18,375 nucleotides of DNA from an uncultured bacterium (lineage in GTDB: Bacteria; Gemmatimonadota; Gemmatimonadetes; Gemmatimonadales; Gemmatimonadaceae): assembly GCA_963978095.1 (NCBI GenBank), contig CAXBQP010000055.1, positions 1 through 18,375 on the forward strand, in the 5' to 3' direction. A program made the position numbers and the translations under genes. Below are positions 1-8,029 of the stretch, piece by piece. The notes under the pieces are model-generated. The model was not told the DNA's origin, ran no database searches, and worked only from the letters and a program-made list of their open reading frames with translations. The stretch's first letter is position 1. The number at the start of each line of letters is the position of its first letter.

Positions 1-57
1 GATCCACCGGTCGATGACACCTGTTTTGGGTATCCCACACGGTAGAGGCATGTGACT

Positions 58-1395
58 ATGCGATTCACACAGACGCTGCTGGCACTCGCAATCGTATCGA
101 CCAGCGGCATGGCGCAAGAGCCAGGCAAGATCGCCGTCGAGAGCTACACGCTCGCCAACGGCCTCAAGGTGCATCTGGTCGAAGATCACTCGTCCCAAGT
201 GGTGGCCGTCGACGTCTGGTATGACGTTGGCGCCCGGAACGAGCGGGCGGGGCGCACGGGGTTCGCGCACCTCTTCGAACACATGATGTTCCAGGGCTCG
301 GCCAACGTGAAAAAAGCCGAGCATTTCCAGTTCGTCGAGAAGGCGGGCGGATTCCTGAATGGGTCGACGACGATCGACCGGACCAACTATTTCGAGGTTC
401 TGCCCTCCAATCGGCTGAACCTCGGGCTCTGGCTCGAGGCGGACCGTATGCGCTCGTTGGCCATCACGCAGGCCAACCTGGACAACCAGCGCGAGGCGGT
501 GAAGGAAGAGCGCCGCATGCGCATGGACAATCAGCCGTATATCGGGGTGGTGGTCGATTCCATCGCGTCGTTGTTCGACCGCGACAAGTGCTTTGCCTAT
601 GCGCACTCCGTGATCGGCTCGATGACGGATCTGAATGCCGCGAAGGTGGAGGACGTGGCCGCCTTCTTCAAGTTGTACTACGCGCCGAACAATGCCTCGC
701 TGGTCGTGGCGGGCGACTTCGTGGCCGCCGACGCCAAGCGGTTGATCGAGCAATACTTCGCCGACGTGCCGCGCGTGGCGGCCCCTCCGAGGGTGGCGTG
801 CGAGCAGGCGTTCAACACCGGCCCGCTCCGGCGCACCGTGACCGACAAGAATGCCACGCTCGCGGCTTCGGTCGCCTTCTTTCGGGTCCCCGAGGAGGCG
901 CACGCGGATCATCCGGCCATCGAGCTCCTGTCGACGATCCTCGGGCAGGGGGAGAGTTCGCGCTTGAACCGGTCCGTGGTCCGCGACACCAAAGCGGCCG
1001 CCGCGGCACAGACGCTGGGCTTGTACGGGCCAACGCGCGGGCCCAATGCCTTTGCGGTGTTGGCGATCGCGAATCAGGGCGTGGCCGTCGACTCCGTGGA
1101 GAAGCTCGTGGCGGCACAGATCGCGCGGATTGCGGCCGACGGCGTGACCGAGGCGGAACTGGCCAAGGCCAAGAATGCGTTCCGCGCCAACAAGATCATG
1201 GAGCGGGAGACCGCGCTCAACGTCGCGGAATCCGTGCACTACGCCGAGACGTTCCTCGGCGATCCGCTCAAGGTGAATACCGACCTCGCGCGGTACGGGG
1301 CCGTGACCGTCGCGGACATCAAGCGCGTGGCGGCGCAGTATCTGCAGGCGGCCAACTCCCTCGTGTTGATGATCGTTCCTCCGGAGGCCAAGTGA
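58..1395 (+). CDS. M16 (insulinase/pitrilysin family, M16B) zinc peptidase, catalytic subunit, exported
   Basis: Inverted zinc motif HxxEH (GFAHLFEHMMFQGS), NGSTTIDRTNY, distal Glu region (VKEERR), YYAPNNA. N-terminal signal peptide MRFTQTLLALAIVSTSGMA-Q. ATG 58 chosen because AGAGG lies at 44-48; the ORF track starts at GTG 52. Confidence 0.93.
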   Translation: MRFTQTLLALAIVSTSGMAQEPGKIAVESYTLANGLKVHLVEDHSSQVVAVDVWYDVGARNERAGRTGFAHLFEHMMFQGSANVKKAEHFQFVEKAGGFLNGSTTIDRTNYFEVLPSNRLNLGLWLEADRMRSLAITQANLDNQREAVKEERRMRMDNQPYIGVVVDSIASLFDRDKCFAYAHSVIGSMTDLNAAKVEDVAAFFKLYYAPNNASLVVAGDFVAADAKRLIEQYFADVPRVAAPPRVACEQAFNTGPLRRTVTDKNATLAASVAFFRVPEEAHADHPAIELLSTILGQGESSRLNRSVVRDTKAAAAAQTLGLYGPTRGPNAFAVLAIANQGVAVDSVEKLVAAQIARIAADGVTEAELAKAKNAFRANKIMERETALNVAESVHYAETFLGDPLKVNTDLARYGAVTVADIKRVAAQYLQAANSLVLMIVPPEAK

Positions 1396-3512
1396 TGCGT
1401 TCCCCCTCGCTGATGCGCCGCCGGACCGCCGGTCTCGCGCGGCTTGCACTGCTCGCACCGTTCGCACTGTTCCCGATGGTGCGTGCTCGCGCTCAGTATC
1501 CGACCGTCCCGCCGACACCGACCCCGATCAAGCCGGCGGTGTTCCCGCCGTTTCAGGAAGCCATGCTGGCCAATGGACTCCGCGTGGTCGTCGTGCAGAG
1601 CAAGAAGCAGCCGGTGGTCGCGGTGTCACTGGCATTCCCGGCGGGGGCGTTCTACGACCCGGCCGGACGTTCCGGCACCGCGGAGATGGTCGCGGGGTTG
1701 CTCACCAAGGGAGCTGGGGCGCGGACCGCGGATCAGATCGCCGACGCGATCGAAGGGGTGGGCGGATCGATCAGTGCCGCCGTCGATGCCGATTTCCTGT
1801 TCATCCGCACGGCCGTGCTCACCAACGACACCAAGCTGGCCTTTGACGTGCTGGCGGACGTGGCGATCCGTCCGACGTTCCCGGAGAAGGAACTCGAACT
1901 GCTGCGGACGCAGAACCTGTCGGGATTGCAGCTGGAGCAATCACAACCCGGCGCCATTGCCGATCGCGTCTTCCGGAAGGGGCTCTACGGCGAACATCCC
2001 TACGCGCGGAAGGCGGACCCTGCGAGCGTTAAGGCCATCACGCGGGACGACTTGGTGAAGTTCCACAAGGCGCGCCTGCGTCCGTCCGGCGCACTGCTGG
2101 TGGTGTCGGGCGACATCACGCTGGCGCAGGTCAAGCTGCTCGCGAGCGCCGCCTTCGCGGGGTGGACGGGGGCCGCGCCGTCGGTGGCCGCCGTCAAGGA
2201 CCCGCCGATGGCGAAGGCGACGCAGATCGTGCTGGTGCACCGTGCCGGTTCGGTGCAGTCCAACATTCTGGTCGGCAACACCACGTGGGAACCGACGAAT
2301 CCGCGAAGCTACGCGGCGACCGTGATGAACAAGGTGCTCGGGGATGGCGCGAGCGGCCGACTGTTCATGACGCTGCGCGAGGCCAAGAGCTGGACCTATG
2401 GCGCCTACTCCGCCTTCGAGCGCCGCAAGGGCTTGGGGTACTTCGTGGCAAACACCGAGGTTCGCACCGCCGTCACCGACTCGGCGCTCGTGGAACTGCT
2501 CGCACAGCTCAAGCGGGTGACCGTCGAGCCGATCCCGGATGCGGAGATCGACGCGTCACGGAACGCGATCGCCGGCGCATTCCCCCTCAAGATCGAGAGC
2601 TCCGCCCAGGTCGCGGCACAGGTGGCGGCGGTGAAGTTGTACGACTTGTCGCCGACGTATCTGCAGAGCTACCGCCAGCGGATCGCCGGGGTGACGTCGA
2701 TCGCCGCGCAGACGGCCGCGGTGGGTGGCATCCACCCGGACAAGGCCGTGATCGTGGTGGTGGGTGACGGCACCAAGATCTACGATGGACTCAAGAAAAT
2801 CGCCCCGGTTCGGATCGTCGCCCCGGACGGTGCGGCGCTTACGCCGGAAGATTTGGTCGTGAAGGGCGGTGGTCCGCTGGATCTGGCGCGCGATCAGATC
2901 GTTCCCTCATCCGACAGCTTCGCCGTCATGTTCCAGGGCAATGCCCTGGGGTACCAGCGGTCCTCGCTGGTGAAGGCCGATGGCGGCTGGCTGTTGACCG
3001 AGGATTCCCAGATCGCGACTGTCGTCCAGCAGCACACCGAAGTGCGCTTCACCGAGGACTTCGTCATGCGCTCGGTGACGCAGACCGGGAAGCAGGCCGG
3101 AAAGGACGTGAAGATCTCGGTGGTCTACGACGGCGGTCGGGCGAAAGGCACGGCAGCGACCCCGCAACCGCCGGCCGGCGAGATCAAGGTCGCGACGATC
3201 GATGCCGAGGTCCCACTCGGTGCGATCGATGACAACCTCATCACCGCGCTCCTCCCGGCCATGAAATTCTCGGCTGGTGCGAAGATTCCGGTGACGGTCT
3301 TTCAGTCCGGCAAGGGCGCGGCGATCACCGTGACCCTCAGCGTCGTCGGTGAAGAGGCGGTGAAGGTCCCGGCCGGCACCTTCCCGGCGTGGAAGGTCGA
3401 GATGGCCGGCGGAGAACAGCCGGGAACGTTCTACGTGGAAAAAGCGGCACCGCACCGGCTGCTCAAGCTCGCCGTCGCCGGCACGCCGATCGAGTTGGTG
3501 CGCGTCCGCTAG
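1395..3512 (+). CDS. M16B peptidase non-catalytic partner subunit with C-terminal DUF3108-like beta domain, exported
   Basis: ATG 1395 overlaps the upstream stop (TGATG). The residues before it in ORF 588..3512 are off-frame shadow. M16 fold (LANGLRVVVV, HPY, RLFMTLREAKSWTYG), but HxxEH is replaced by GTAEMVAGLL. Signal-peptide-like N-terminus ending RARA-Q. Extra ~210 aa tail contains VKVPAGTFPAWKV. Confidence 0.88.
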   Translation: MRSPSLMRRRTAGLARLALLAPFALFPMVRARAQYPTVPPTPTPIKPAVFPPFQEAMLANGLRVVVVQSKKQPVVAVSLAFPAGAFYDPAGRSGTAEMVAGLLTKGAGARTADQIADAIEGVGGSISAAVDADFLFIRTAVLTNDTKLAFDVLADVAIRPTFPEKELELLRTQNLSGLQLEQSQPGAIADRVFRKGLYGEHPYARKADPASVKAITRDDLVKFHKARLRPSGALLVVSGDITLAQVKLLASAAFAGWTGAAPSVAAVKDPPMAKATQIVLVHRAGSVQSNILVGNTTWEPTNPRSYAATVMNKVLGDGASGRLFMTLREAKSWTYGAYSAFERRKGLGYFVANTEVRTAVTDSALVELLAQLKRVTVEPIPDAEIDASRNAIAGAFPLKIESSAQVAAQVAAVKLYDLSPTYLQSYRQRIAGVTSIAAQTAAVGGIHPDKAVIVVVGDGTKIYDGLKKIAPVRIVAPDGAALTPEDLVVKGGGPLDLARDQIVPSSDSFAVMFQGNALGYQRSSLVKADGGWLLTEDSQIATVVQQHTEVRFTEDFVMRSVTQTGKQAGKDVKISVVYDGGRAKGTAATPQPPAGEIKVATIDAEVPLGAIDDNLITALLPAMKFSAGAKIPVTVFQSGKGAAITVTLSVVGEEAVKVPAGTFPAWKVEMAGGEQPGTFYVEKAAPHRLLKLAVAGTPIELVRVR

Positions 3513-3522
3513 CTCGCGCGCG

Positions 3523-4779
3523 TCAGTCGCGCGGTCGACGCGCTCCCTTCTCGCCGAGGGGAGCGCGTCGTGCTTCCCCCGTCCGGATGGCCGAATCGCC
3601 GAACTTCTCGCGCACGCGGTCGACCGCTCGCGACAGCTCTCGGTCACGCTCGCGTTCGGGTGCGTCCGGCGTGGCGCCCGGAGTCGAGAAGATCGACAGT
3701 TGCTCGGCGTCGCGCGCCGATCCGAAGTTGCTGGCCGCGATACCGACGAGTCGCGCCGGTGCGGGACGCGCACCGCGGAGCTTGGTGAGCAGCGTCTGCG
3801 CGACATCGATCAGGGCACGATCGCTTTCGATCGGCTGTTCGAGCGTGCGACTTGCCGTGCGCGTGATGAAACTGGTGTCGCGGAGCTTCACGGTGATCGT
3901 CCGCGCGCTGAGTCGCTCGCTCCGCAGATCACTCCCGACCTTCTCGGCGAGCAAGCGCAGTTCGCGGGCGAGCTCGGGCGTCGTCGTGATGTCGCGGGCG
4001 AACGTCTCTTCACGACTGATCTGTTTGGACGGTGTGCGCGGTGCGACGACCGAACGGCTGATGCCGCGGACGCGGTCGTGCAGCCAGTCCGCCGTTTTCG
4101 GTCCGACCCAGCGTGCCAGTGTGAGCCGGTCGTGCGGCAACACCTCGGCGGCGTGGTGCAGTCCGATCGAGGAGAGTTTCGCCTGGAGCTTCGGGCCGAT
4201 GCCGGGAATGTCGGCGAGTGCGACGCCACGCATGAACTCCAGCACGCCGTCGTCGGGAACGACGAACACCCCTCCTCCGTCCGGAGCCTTCGAGGGCTTC
4301 GCGCGTTCCGCGGCGAGCTTGGCGACGAGCTTGGACGGTCCACCACCGAGTGACAGGGACAGGCCCACCTGGTCGATGACGGCCTGTCGGATTCGGCGCG
4401 CGGTGTCACGAAACGACTCGCCGTGGTACAACGCTTCCGTCCCCGAGAGGTCCAGATACCATTCGTCGATGCTCGCGCCTTCGACCACCGGCGTGAAGGT
4501 TTCGAGCACGCGCCGGATCGCGCGGCTGTTGTCGGAGCAGGCCTGCCGCGGCACGGGAACGCACATCGCATCGGGGCACAAGCGGAGCGCCTGCGCGATC
4601 GGCATCGCGGACCGGACCCCGAATGCTCGGGTCTCGTAGGAGGCGCTGCACACGACACCGCGGCTCCCGGGACGTCCCCCCACGATCAGCAGCGGTGCGC
4701 GCCCCGCCCCCTCAGGGTCGACCTTTCGGGCGACTGCGACGAAAAAGGCGTCAGCATCGGCGAGCAGGATCCGCGGCAT
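3523..4779 (-). CDS. dinB: DNA polymerase IV (Y-family, DinB)
   Basis: Y-family motifs ILLADADAFF, SASYETRAFGV, ASIDEWYLD, SKLVAKLA, IPGIG, and little-finger ITVKLR. ATG 4779 is chosen from the position of motif I. In-frame alternatives are 4797 and 4815. Confidence 0.93.
   Translation of the reverse strand: MPRILLADADAFFVAVARKVDPEGAGRAPLLIVGGRPGSRGVVCSASYETRAFGVRSAMPIAQALRLCPDAMCVPVPRQACSDNSRAIRRVLETFTPVVEGASIDEWYLDLSGTEALYHGESFRDTARRIRQAVIDQVGLSLSLGGGPSKLVAKLAAERAKPSKAPDGGGVFVVPDDGVLEFMRGVALADIPGIGPKLQAKLSSIGLHHAAEVLPHDRLTLARWVGPKTADWLHDRVRGISRSVVAPRTPSKQISREETFARDITTTPELARELRLLAEKVGSDLRSERLSARTITVKLRDTSFITRTASRTLEQPIESDRALIDVAQTLLTKLRGARPAPARLVGIAASNFGSARDAEQLSIFSTPGATPDAPERERDRELSRAVDRVREKFGDSAIRTGEARRAPLGEKGARRPRD
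3536..3570. terminator. Strong GC hairpin, possible terminator for the convergent M16 operon/dinB
   Basis: Perfect 12-bp inverted repeat CGACGCGCTCCC (3536-3547) / GGGAGCGCGTCG (3559-3570), starting 24 nt after the M16 stop and lying within the dinB 3' end. There is no clear U-tract. Confidence 0.5.
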
Positions 4780-4785
4780 GGCCGA

Positions 4786-4791
4786 ACGATA
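4786..4791 (-). promoter_or_regulatory. Putative -10 box (TATCGT) of a leaderless dinB transcript
   Basis: TANNNT hexamer 6 nt upstream of ATG 4779, with no SD near that ATG. Confidence 0.35.
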
Positions 4792-4831
4792 GCGCATCCG
4801 CTTGCGAGCGGGCATCTTCCATCCGTCCCGT

Positions 4832-4853
4832 CACCTCCTGATCGCACCTCCTG
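4832..4853. repeat. Tandem 9-bp direct repeat CACCTCCTG-N4-CACCTCCTG in the dinB/acetoacetate-CoA ligase divergent intergenic region
   Basis: Exact copies at 4832-4840 and 4845-4853. The reverse complement is CAGGAGGTG, a perfect SD. Confidence 0.75.
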
Positions 4854-4859
4854 TTGCCC

Positions 4860-6905
4860 GTGTCCGACGAACCGAGCGCCCCACTCTGGTCACCCAGTCC
4901 CGCGCGCGTTGCGCAGTCGCGCATGCGCCGTTTCTTCGCGCAGGTCGCGGCCGGCACCGCGGGGGCACCGGCGGCGGACGCCTCGTATGCGGCGTGGCAC
5001 GATTGGAGTATCCGTGCGCCCGACCAGTTCTGGGCGGCCATGTGGCAGTTCGGCGCGGTGGTGGCGGAGGATCATCCCGACGGCGCACCGTGGTCGCAGG
5101 TGGTCCATGGCGTCGACCGGATGGCGCCGCCGGACGCCATCCACGGACCGCACTGGTTTCCGGGCGCGCGATTGAACTTTGCCGAGAATCTGCTCCGGTT
5201 CCGTGGGGCGGAGGCGGCAATCATCGCGCGCGACGAACGCGGCATGCGGCGCGAGCTCAGTCGGGACGCGCTGCGCGCCGATGTCGCGCGGGTGGCGGCG
5301 GCTTTTCGCGCCATGGGAGTCGTCGCCGGCGACCGCGTCGCGGGCTTTCTTCCGAATATTCCCGAAGCGGTGATCGCCATGCTGGCCGCGGCGTCGATCG
5401 GCGCCGTGTGGTCCAGCTGCTCGCCGGACTTCGGCGTCGGTGGTGTCTTCGATCGATTCGGGCAGATCGCTCCGCGCGTGCTCGTGGTGGCCGATGGCTA
5501 TCGCTACGCCGGCAAGGAGATCGACTGCCTCGCGCGCGTGAGCCAGATCGTCGATCGCATCGACGCGATCGAGCAGGTCGTCGTGGTATCCTTTCTGGCG
5601 CAATGCGTCGACGAAGTCTCGTTGGCACCGTTGCGCGGTGCCGGCCGCGCCGTGACCCGGTGGGAAGCGCTGGGCGACAGCCTGGCGTCCGCGGAGCTGC
5701 TCTACGCGCGGCTCCCGTTCGATCATCCGCTCTTCGTGATGTACAGCTCCGGGACCACGGGACTTCCGAAGTGCATGGTCCATGGCGCCGGGGGAACGCT
5801 GCTCCAGCATCTCAAGGAGCATCAACTGCACACGGACCTCGGCGACGGTGACCGCGTCTTCTATTTCACCACCTGCGGGTGGATGATGTGGAACTGGCTG
5901 GTGACGGCGCTCGCCAGCGGCGCGACGATCGTCCTGTATGACGGCGCCCCGATGCCGCCCTCCGCGCCGGATATGCTCTGGACGCTCGCCGCCGAAGAGC
6001 GCGTGAGCGTGTTCGGCACGAGCGCGAAGTATCTGGCGCTGTCGGAGAAGGAAGGATTCGTCCCCCGTCGGACGCACGAACTCTCCGCGTTGCGCACGAT
6101 GCTCAGCACTGGTAGCCCCCTCGCGCCCGCGAGCTTCGCCTACGTCTATCGCGACGTGCATCCGGACGTCCACCTCGCCAGTATTTCCGGCGGTACGGAT
6201 ATCATCTCCTGCTTTGCGCTCGGAAATCCCATGTTGCCGGTCTGGCAGGGGGAACTCCAGTCTCTCGGACTTGGCATGGCGGTTGACGTATGGGACTCTG
6301 CCGGTCACCCGAGTCATGCAATACCCGGCGATCTGGTGTGCACGCGACCCTTTCCGTCCATGCCGGTGGCCTTCTGGAACGACTCTGATGGGTCCAAGTA
6401 TCGCAAGGCGTACTTCGACCATTTCCCCGGTGTGTGGCGCCACGGCGACTGGGCGCAGCGGACACCGCATGACGGGCTGATCATACTCGGCCGGAGCGAT
6501 GCGACGCTCAACCCGGGCGGCGTTCGGATCGGGACCGCAGAGATCTATCGCCAGGTGGAGCAGATCGATGACGTGATGGAAGCCGTCGTCGTCGGGCAGG
6601 ATATCCGCGTGGACGGGAGTCCGGATGTGCGCATCGTCCTGTTCGTTCGCCTTCGCCCCGGCGTGACGCTCGACGACGCCCTGCGAGACCGGATCAAGCG
6701 TGCGATCCGTGAGCAGACGAGTCCGCATCACGTGCCGCGCATCGTGGCACAGGTCACGGACATCCCGCGCACCATCAGCGGCAAGATCTCCGAGATTGCG
6801 GTGCGGGAGACGATTCACGGACGGCCTGTCGACAACTCCGACGCGCTGGCCAACCCCGAGTCGCTCGCGCTCTTCCGTGCGCATCCGGCGCTCGTCCCCG
6901 CGTGA
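4860..6905 (+). CDS. Acetoacetate--CoA ligase (acetoacetyl-CoA synthetase)
   Basis: AMP-binding motif MYSSGTTGLPKCMVHG and family-typical segments WFPGARLNFAENLL, YFTTCGWMMWNWL, ISGGTDIISCF, WRHGDW, GRSDATLNPGGVRIGTAEIY, DALANPE. Start is GTG 4860 or TTG 4854. Confidence 0.93.
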   Translation: MSDEPSAPLWSPSPARVAQSRMRRFFAQVAAGTAGAPAADASYAAWHDWSIRAPDQFWAAMWQFGAVVAEDHPDGAPWSQVVHGVDRMAPPDAIHGPHWFPGARLNFAENLLRFRGAEAAIIARDERGMRRELSRDALRADVARVAAAFRAMGVVAGDRVAGFLPNIPEAVIAMLAAASIGAVWSSCSPDFGVGGVFDRFGQIAPRVLVVADGYRYAGKEIDCLARVSQIVDRIDAIEQVVVVSFLAQCVDEVSLAPLRGAGRAVTRWEALGDSLASAELLYARLPFDHPLFVMYSSGTTGLPKCMVHGAGGTLLQHLKEHQLHTDLGDGDRVFYFTTCGWMMWNWLVTALASGATIVLYDGAPMPPSAPDMLWTLAAEERVSVFGTSAKYLALSEKEGFVPRRTHELSALRTMLSTGSPLAPASFAYVYRDVHPDVHLASISGGTDIISCFALGNPMLPVWQGELQSLGLGMAVDVWDSAGHPSHAIPGDLVCTRPFPSMPVAFWNDSDGSKYRKAYFDHFPGVWRHGDWAQRTPHDGLIILGRSDATLNPGGVRIGTAEIYRQVEQIDDVMEAVVVGQDIRVDGSPDVRIVLFVRLRPGVTLDDALRDRIKRAIREQTSPHHVPRIVAQVTDIPRTISGKISEIAVRETIHGRPVDNSDALANPESLALFRAHPALVPA

Positions 6906-6915
6906 CGGGCTGGTG

Positions 6916-7902
6916 ATGCGCGGTTCCTTCGTGGGTGATCCGGCCGGGGTGGTGACGGCCACGGAAATCGTGGCCGCGCAGCGGACGTTGGGAACGACCC
7001 TCCGACGCACCCCCACGGTGCGGTCTCCACTCTTGAGCGATCGTCTGGGGCTTGACGTGCACCTCAAGCTCGAGTTGCAGCAGCATACCGGTTCATTCAA
7101 GGCACGCGGCGCGTTCAATCGCATCGCGCAGCTCAGCGATGCCGAGCGCGCTCGCGGAGTGATCACGGTATCCGCGGGCAACCACGCGCAGGCCGTGGCT
7201 TGGGCCGCGCACGGGGCAGGAGTCTCGGCGACGGTCGTCATGCCCGACGGGGCGGTGCAGATGAAGGTTGATGCCACACGGGCCTTCGGTGCCGACGTCG
7301 TGCTCACCCCCGGTGCGGAACTCCTGCCGACGATGCGGCGCCTCCAGGACGAGCGCGATCTCGTCTTCATCCCACCCTTCGACGACCGATACATCGTTGC
7401 CGGCGCCGCGACGTGCGGCGTCGAGTTGCTCGAGGACCTTCCGGATGTCGCGGTGATCATGGTGGGAGTCGGCGGCGGTGGCATGGTGAGTGGTCTCCTG
7501 GCTGCGGCGCACGCGCGCGGGACGCCCGTCCGCATCATCGGTGTCGAACCGGAGGGCGCGATGGGGATGACGCGCAGTTTGCGCGAGGGGGCTCCCGTCA
7601 AGTTGGATCGCGTGTCCTCCATCGCCGACGGCCTCGCGGCCCCCTGGGCCGGCGCGCTCAACTACCAGCATGTGCGGGACCTGCAGGCGGATATGGTCAC
7701 CGTCACCGATGCGGCAATTCTCGAGGCGCTGTTCACCCTGCGCGACGCCTGCGGCGTTGCCGCCGAGCCGGCCGCCGCCGCCGGTCTGGCCGCCCTGATG
7801 CACGGTGTGGTCACGCTGCCGCCGGGCACCTGTGTGGCGTGCGTCATCACTGGGGGCAATGTGGATGCGCGGCGCCTCGAGGAGCTGGCCGCGCGCCAGT
7901 AG
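6916..7902 (+). CDS. PLP-dependent threonine/serine dehydratase (ammonia-lyase), no regulatory ACT domain
   Basis: Fold-type II motifs KLELQQHTGSFKARGA (PLP Lys), SAGNHAQA, GVGGGG, SIADGL, EPAAA, TGGN. Start is ATG 6916 (or GTG 6913), just after the ligase stop. The ORF-track start at 6700 overlaps the upstream gene. Confidence 0.87.
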   Translation: MRGSFVGDPAGVVTATEIVAAQRTLGTTLRRTPTVRSPLLSDRLGLDVHLKLELQQHTGSFKARGAFNRIAQLSDAERARGVITVSAGNHAQAVAWAAHGAGVSATVVMPDGAVQMKVDATRAFGADVVLTPGAELLPTMRRLQDERDLVFIPPFDDRYIVAGAATCGVELLEDLPDVAVIMVGVGGGGMVSGLLAAAHARGTPVRIIGVEPEGAMGMTRSLREGAPVKLDRVSSIADGLAAPWAGALNYQHVRDLQADMVTVTDAAILEALFTLRDACGVAAEPAAAAGLAALMHGVVTLPPGTCVACVITGGNVDARRLEELAARQ

Positions 7903-7943
7903 CATCCGGACCTCGGTCCGATAGCTGTCCCCTTTCGAGCGGC

Positions 7944-8022
7944 TATATTACAGGGGAGCGCACGAGCAGGCGTCGGCCGGGTAGCGCGCGCCCCTGTTCG
8001 AGCGACCACACGACCCCGAGGA
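7944..8022 (+). promoter_or_regulatory. Putative hppD promoter -10 (TATATT 7944-7949) and SD (GAGGA 8018-8022)
   Basis: This is an AT-rich hexamer in a 127-nt intergenic region of a GC-rich locus. The SD lies 7 nt before ATG 8030. No consensus -35 is visible. Confidence 0.45.
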
Positions 8023-8029
8023 CTCCCCG

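Noticed and set aside
588..1394. N-terminal ~270 aa of the 974-aa ORF 588..3512
   Set aside because: Arg/Gly-rich off-frame shadow of the first M16 gene. The real start is ATG 1395, with a TGATG overlap and a signal peptide.
3389..4639. 416-aa + strand ORF opposite dinB
   Set aside because: Ser/Arg-rich shadow frame of dinB with no protein-like features.
4780..4859. LexA/SOS box upstream of dinB
   Set aside because: There is a GAAC half-site at 4784-4787 but no matching GTTC half. No CTGT-N8-ACAG or GTTC-N7-GTTC pattern is present, so no known SOS box is supported.
4890..7661. 923-aa antisense ORF
   Set aside because: It lies opposite two well-supported genes and has no recognisable motifs. 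Long stop-free antisense frames are expected in high-GC coding DNA.
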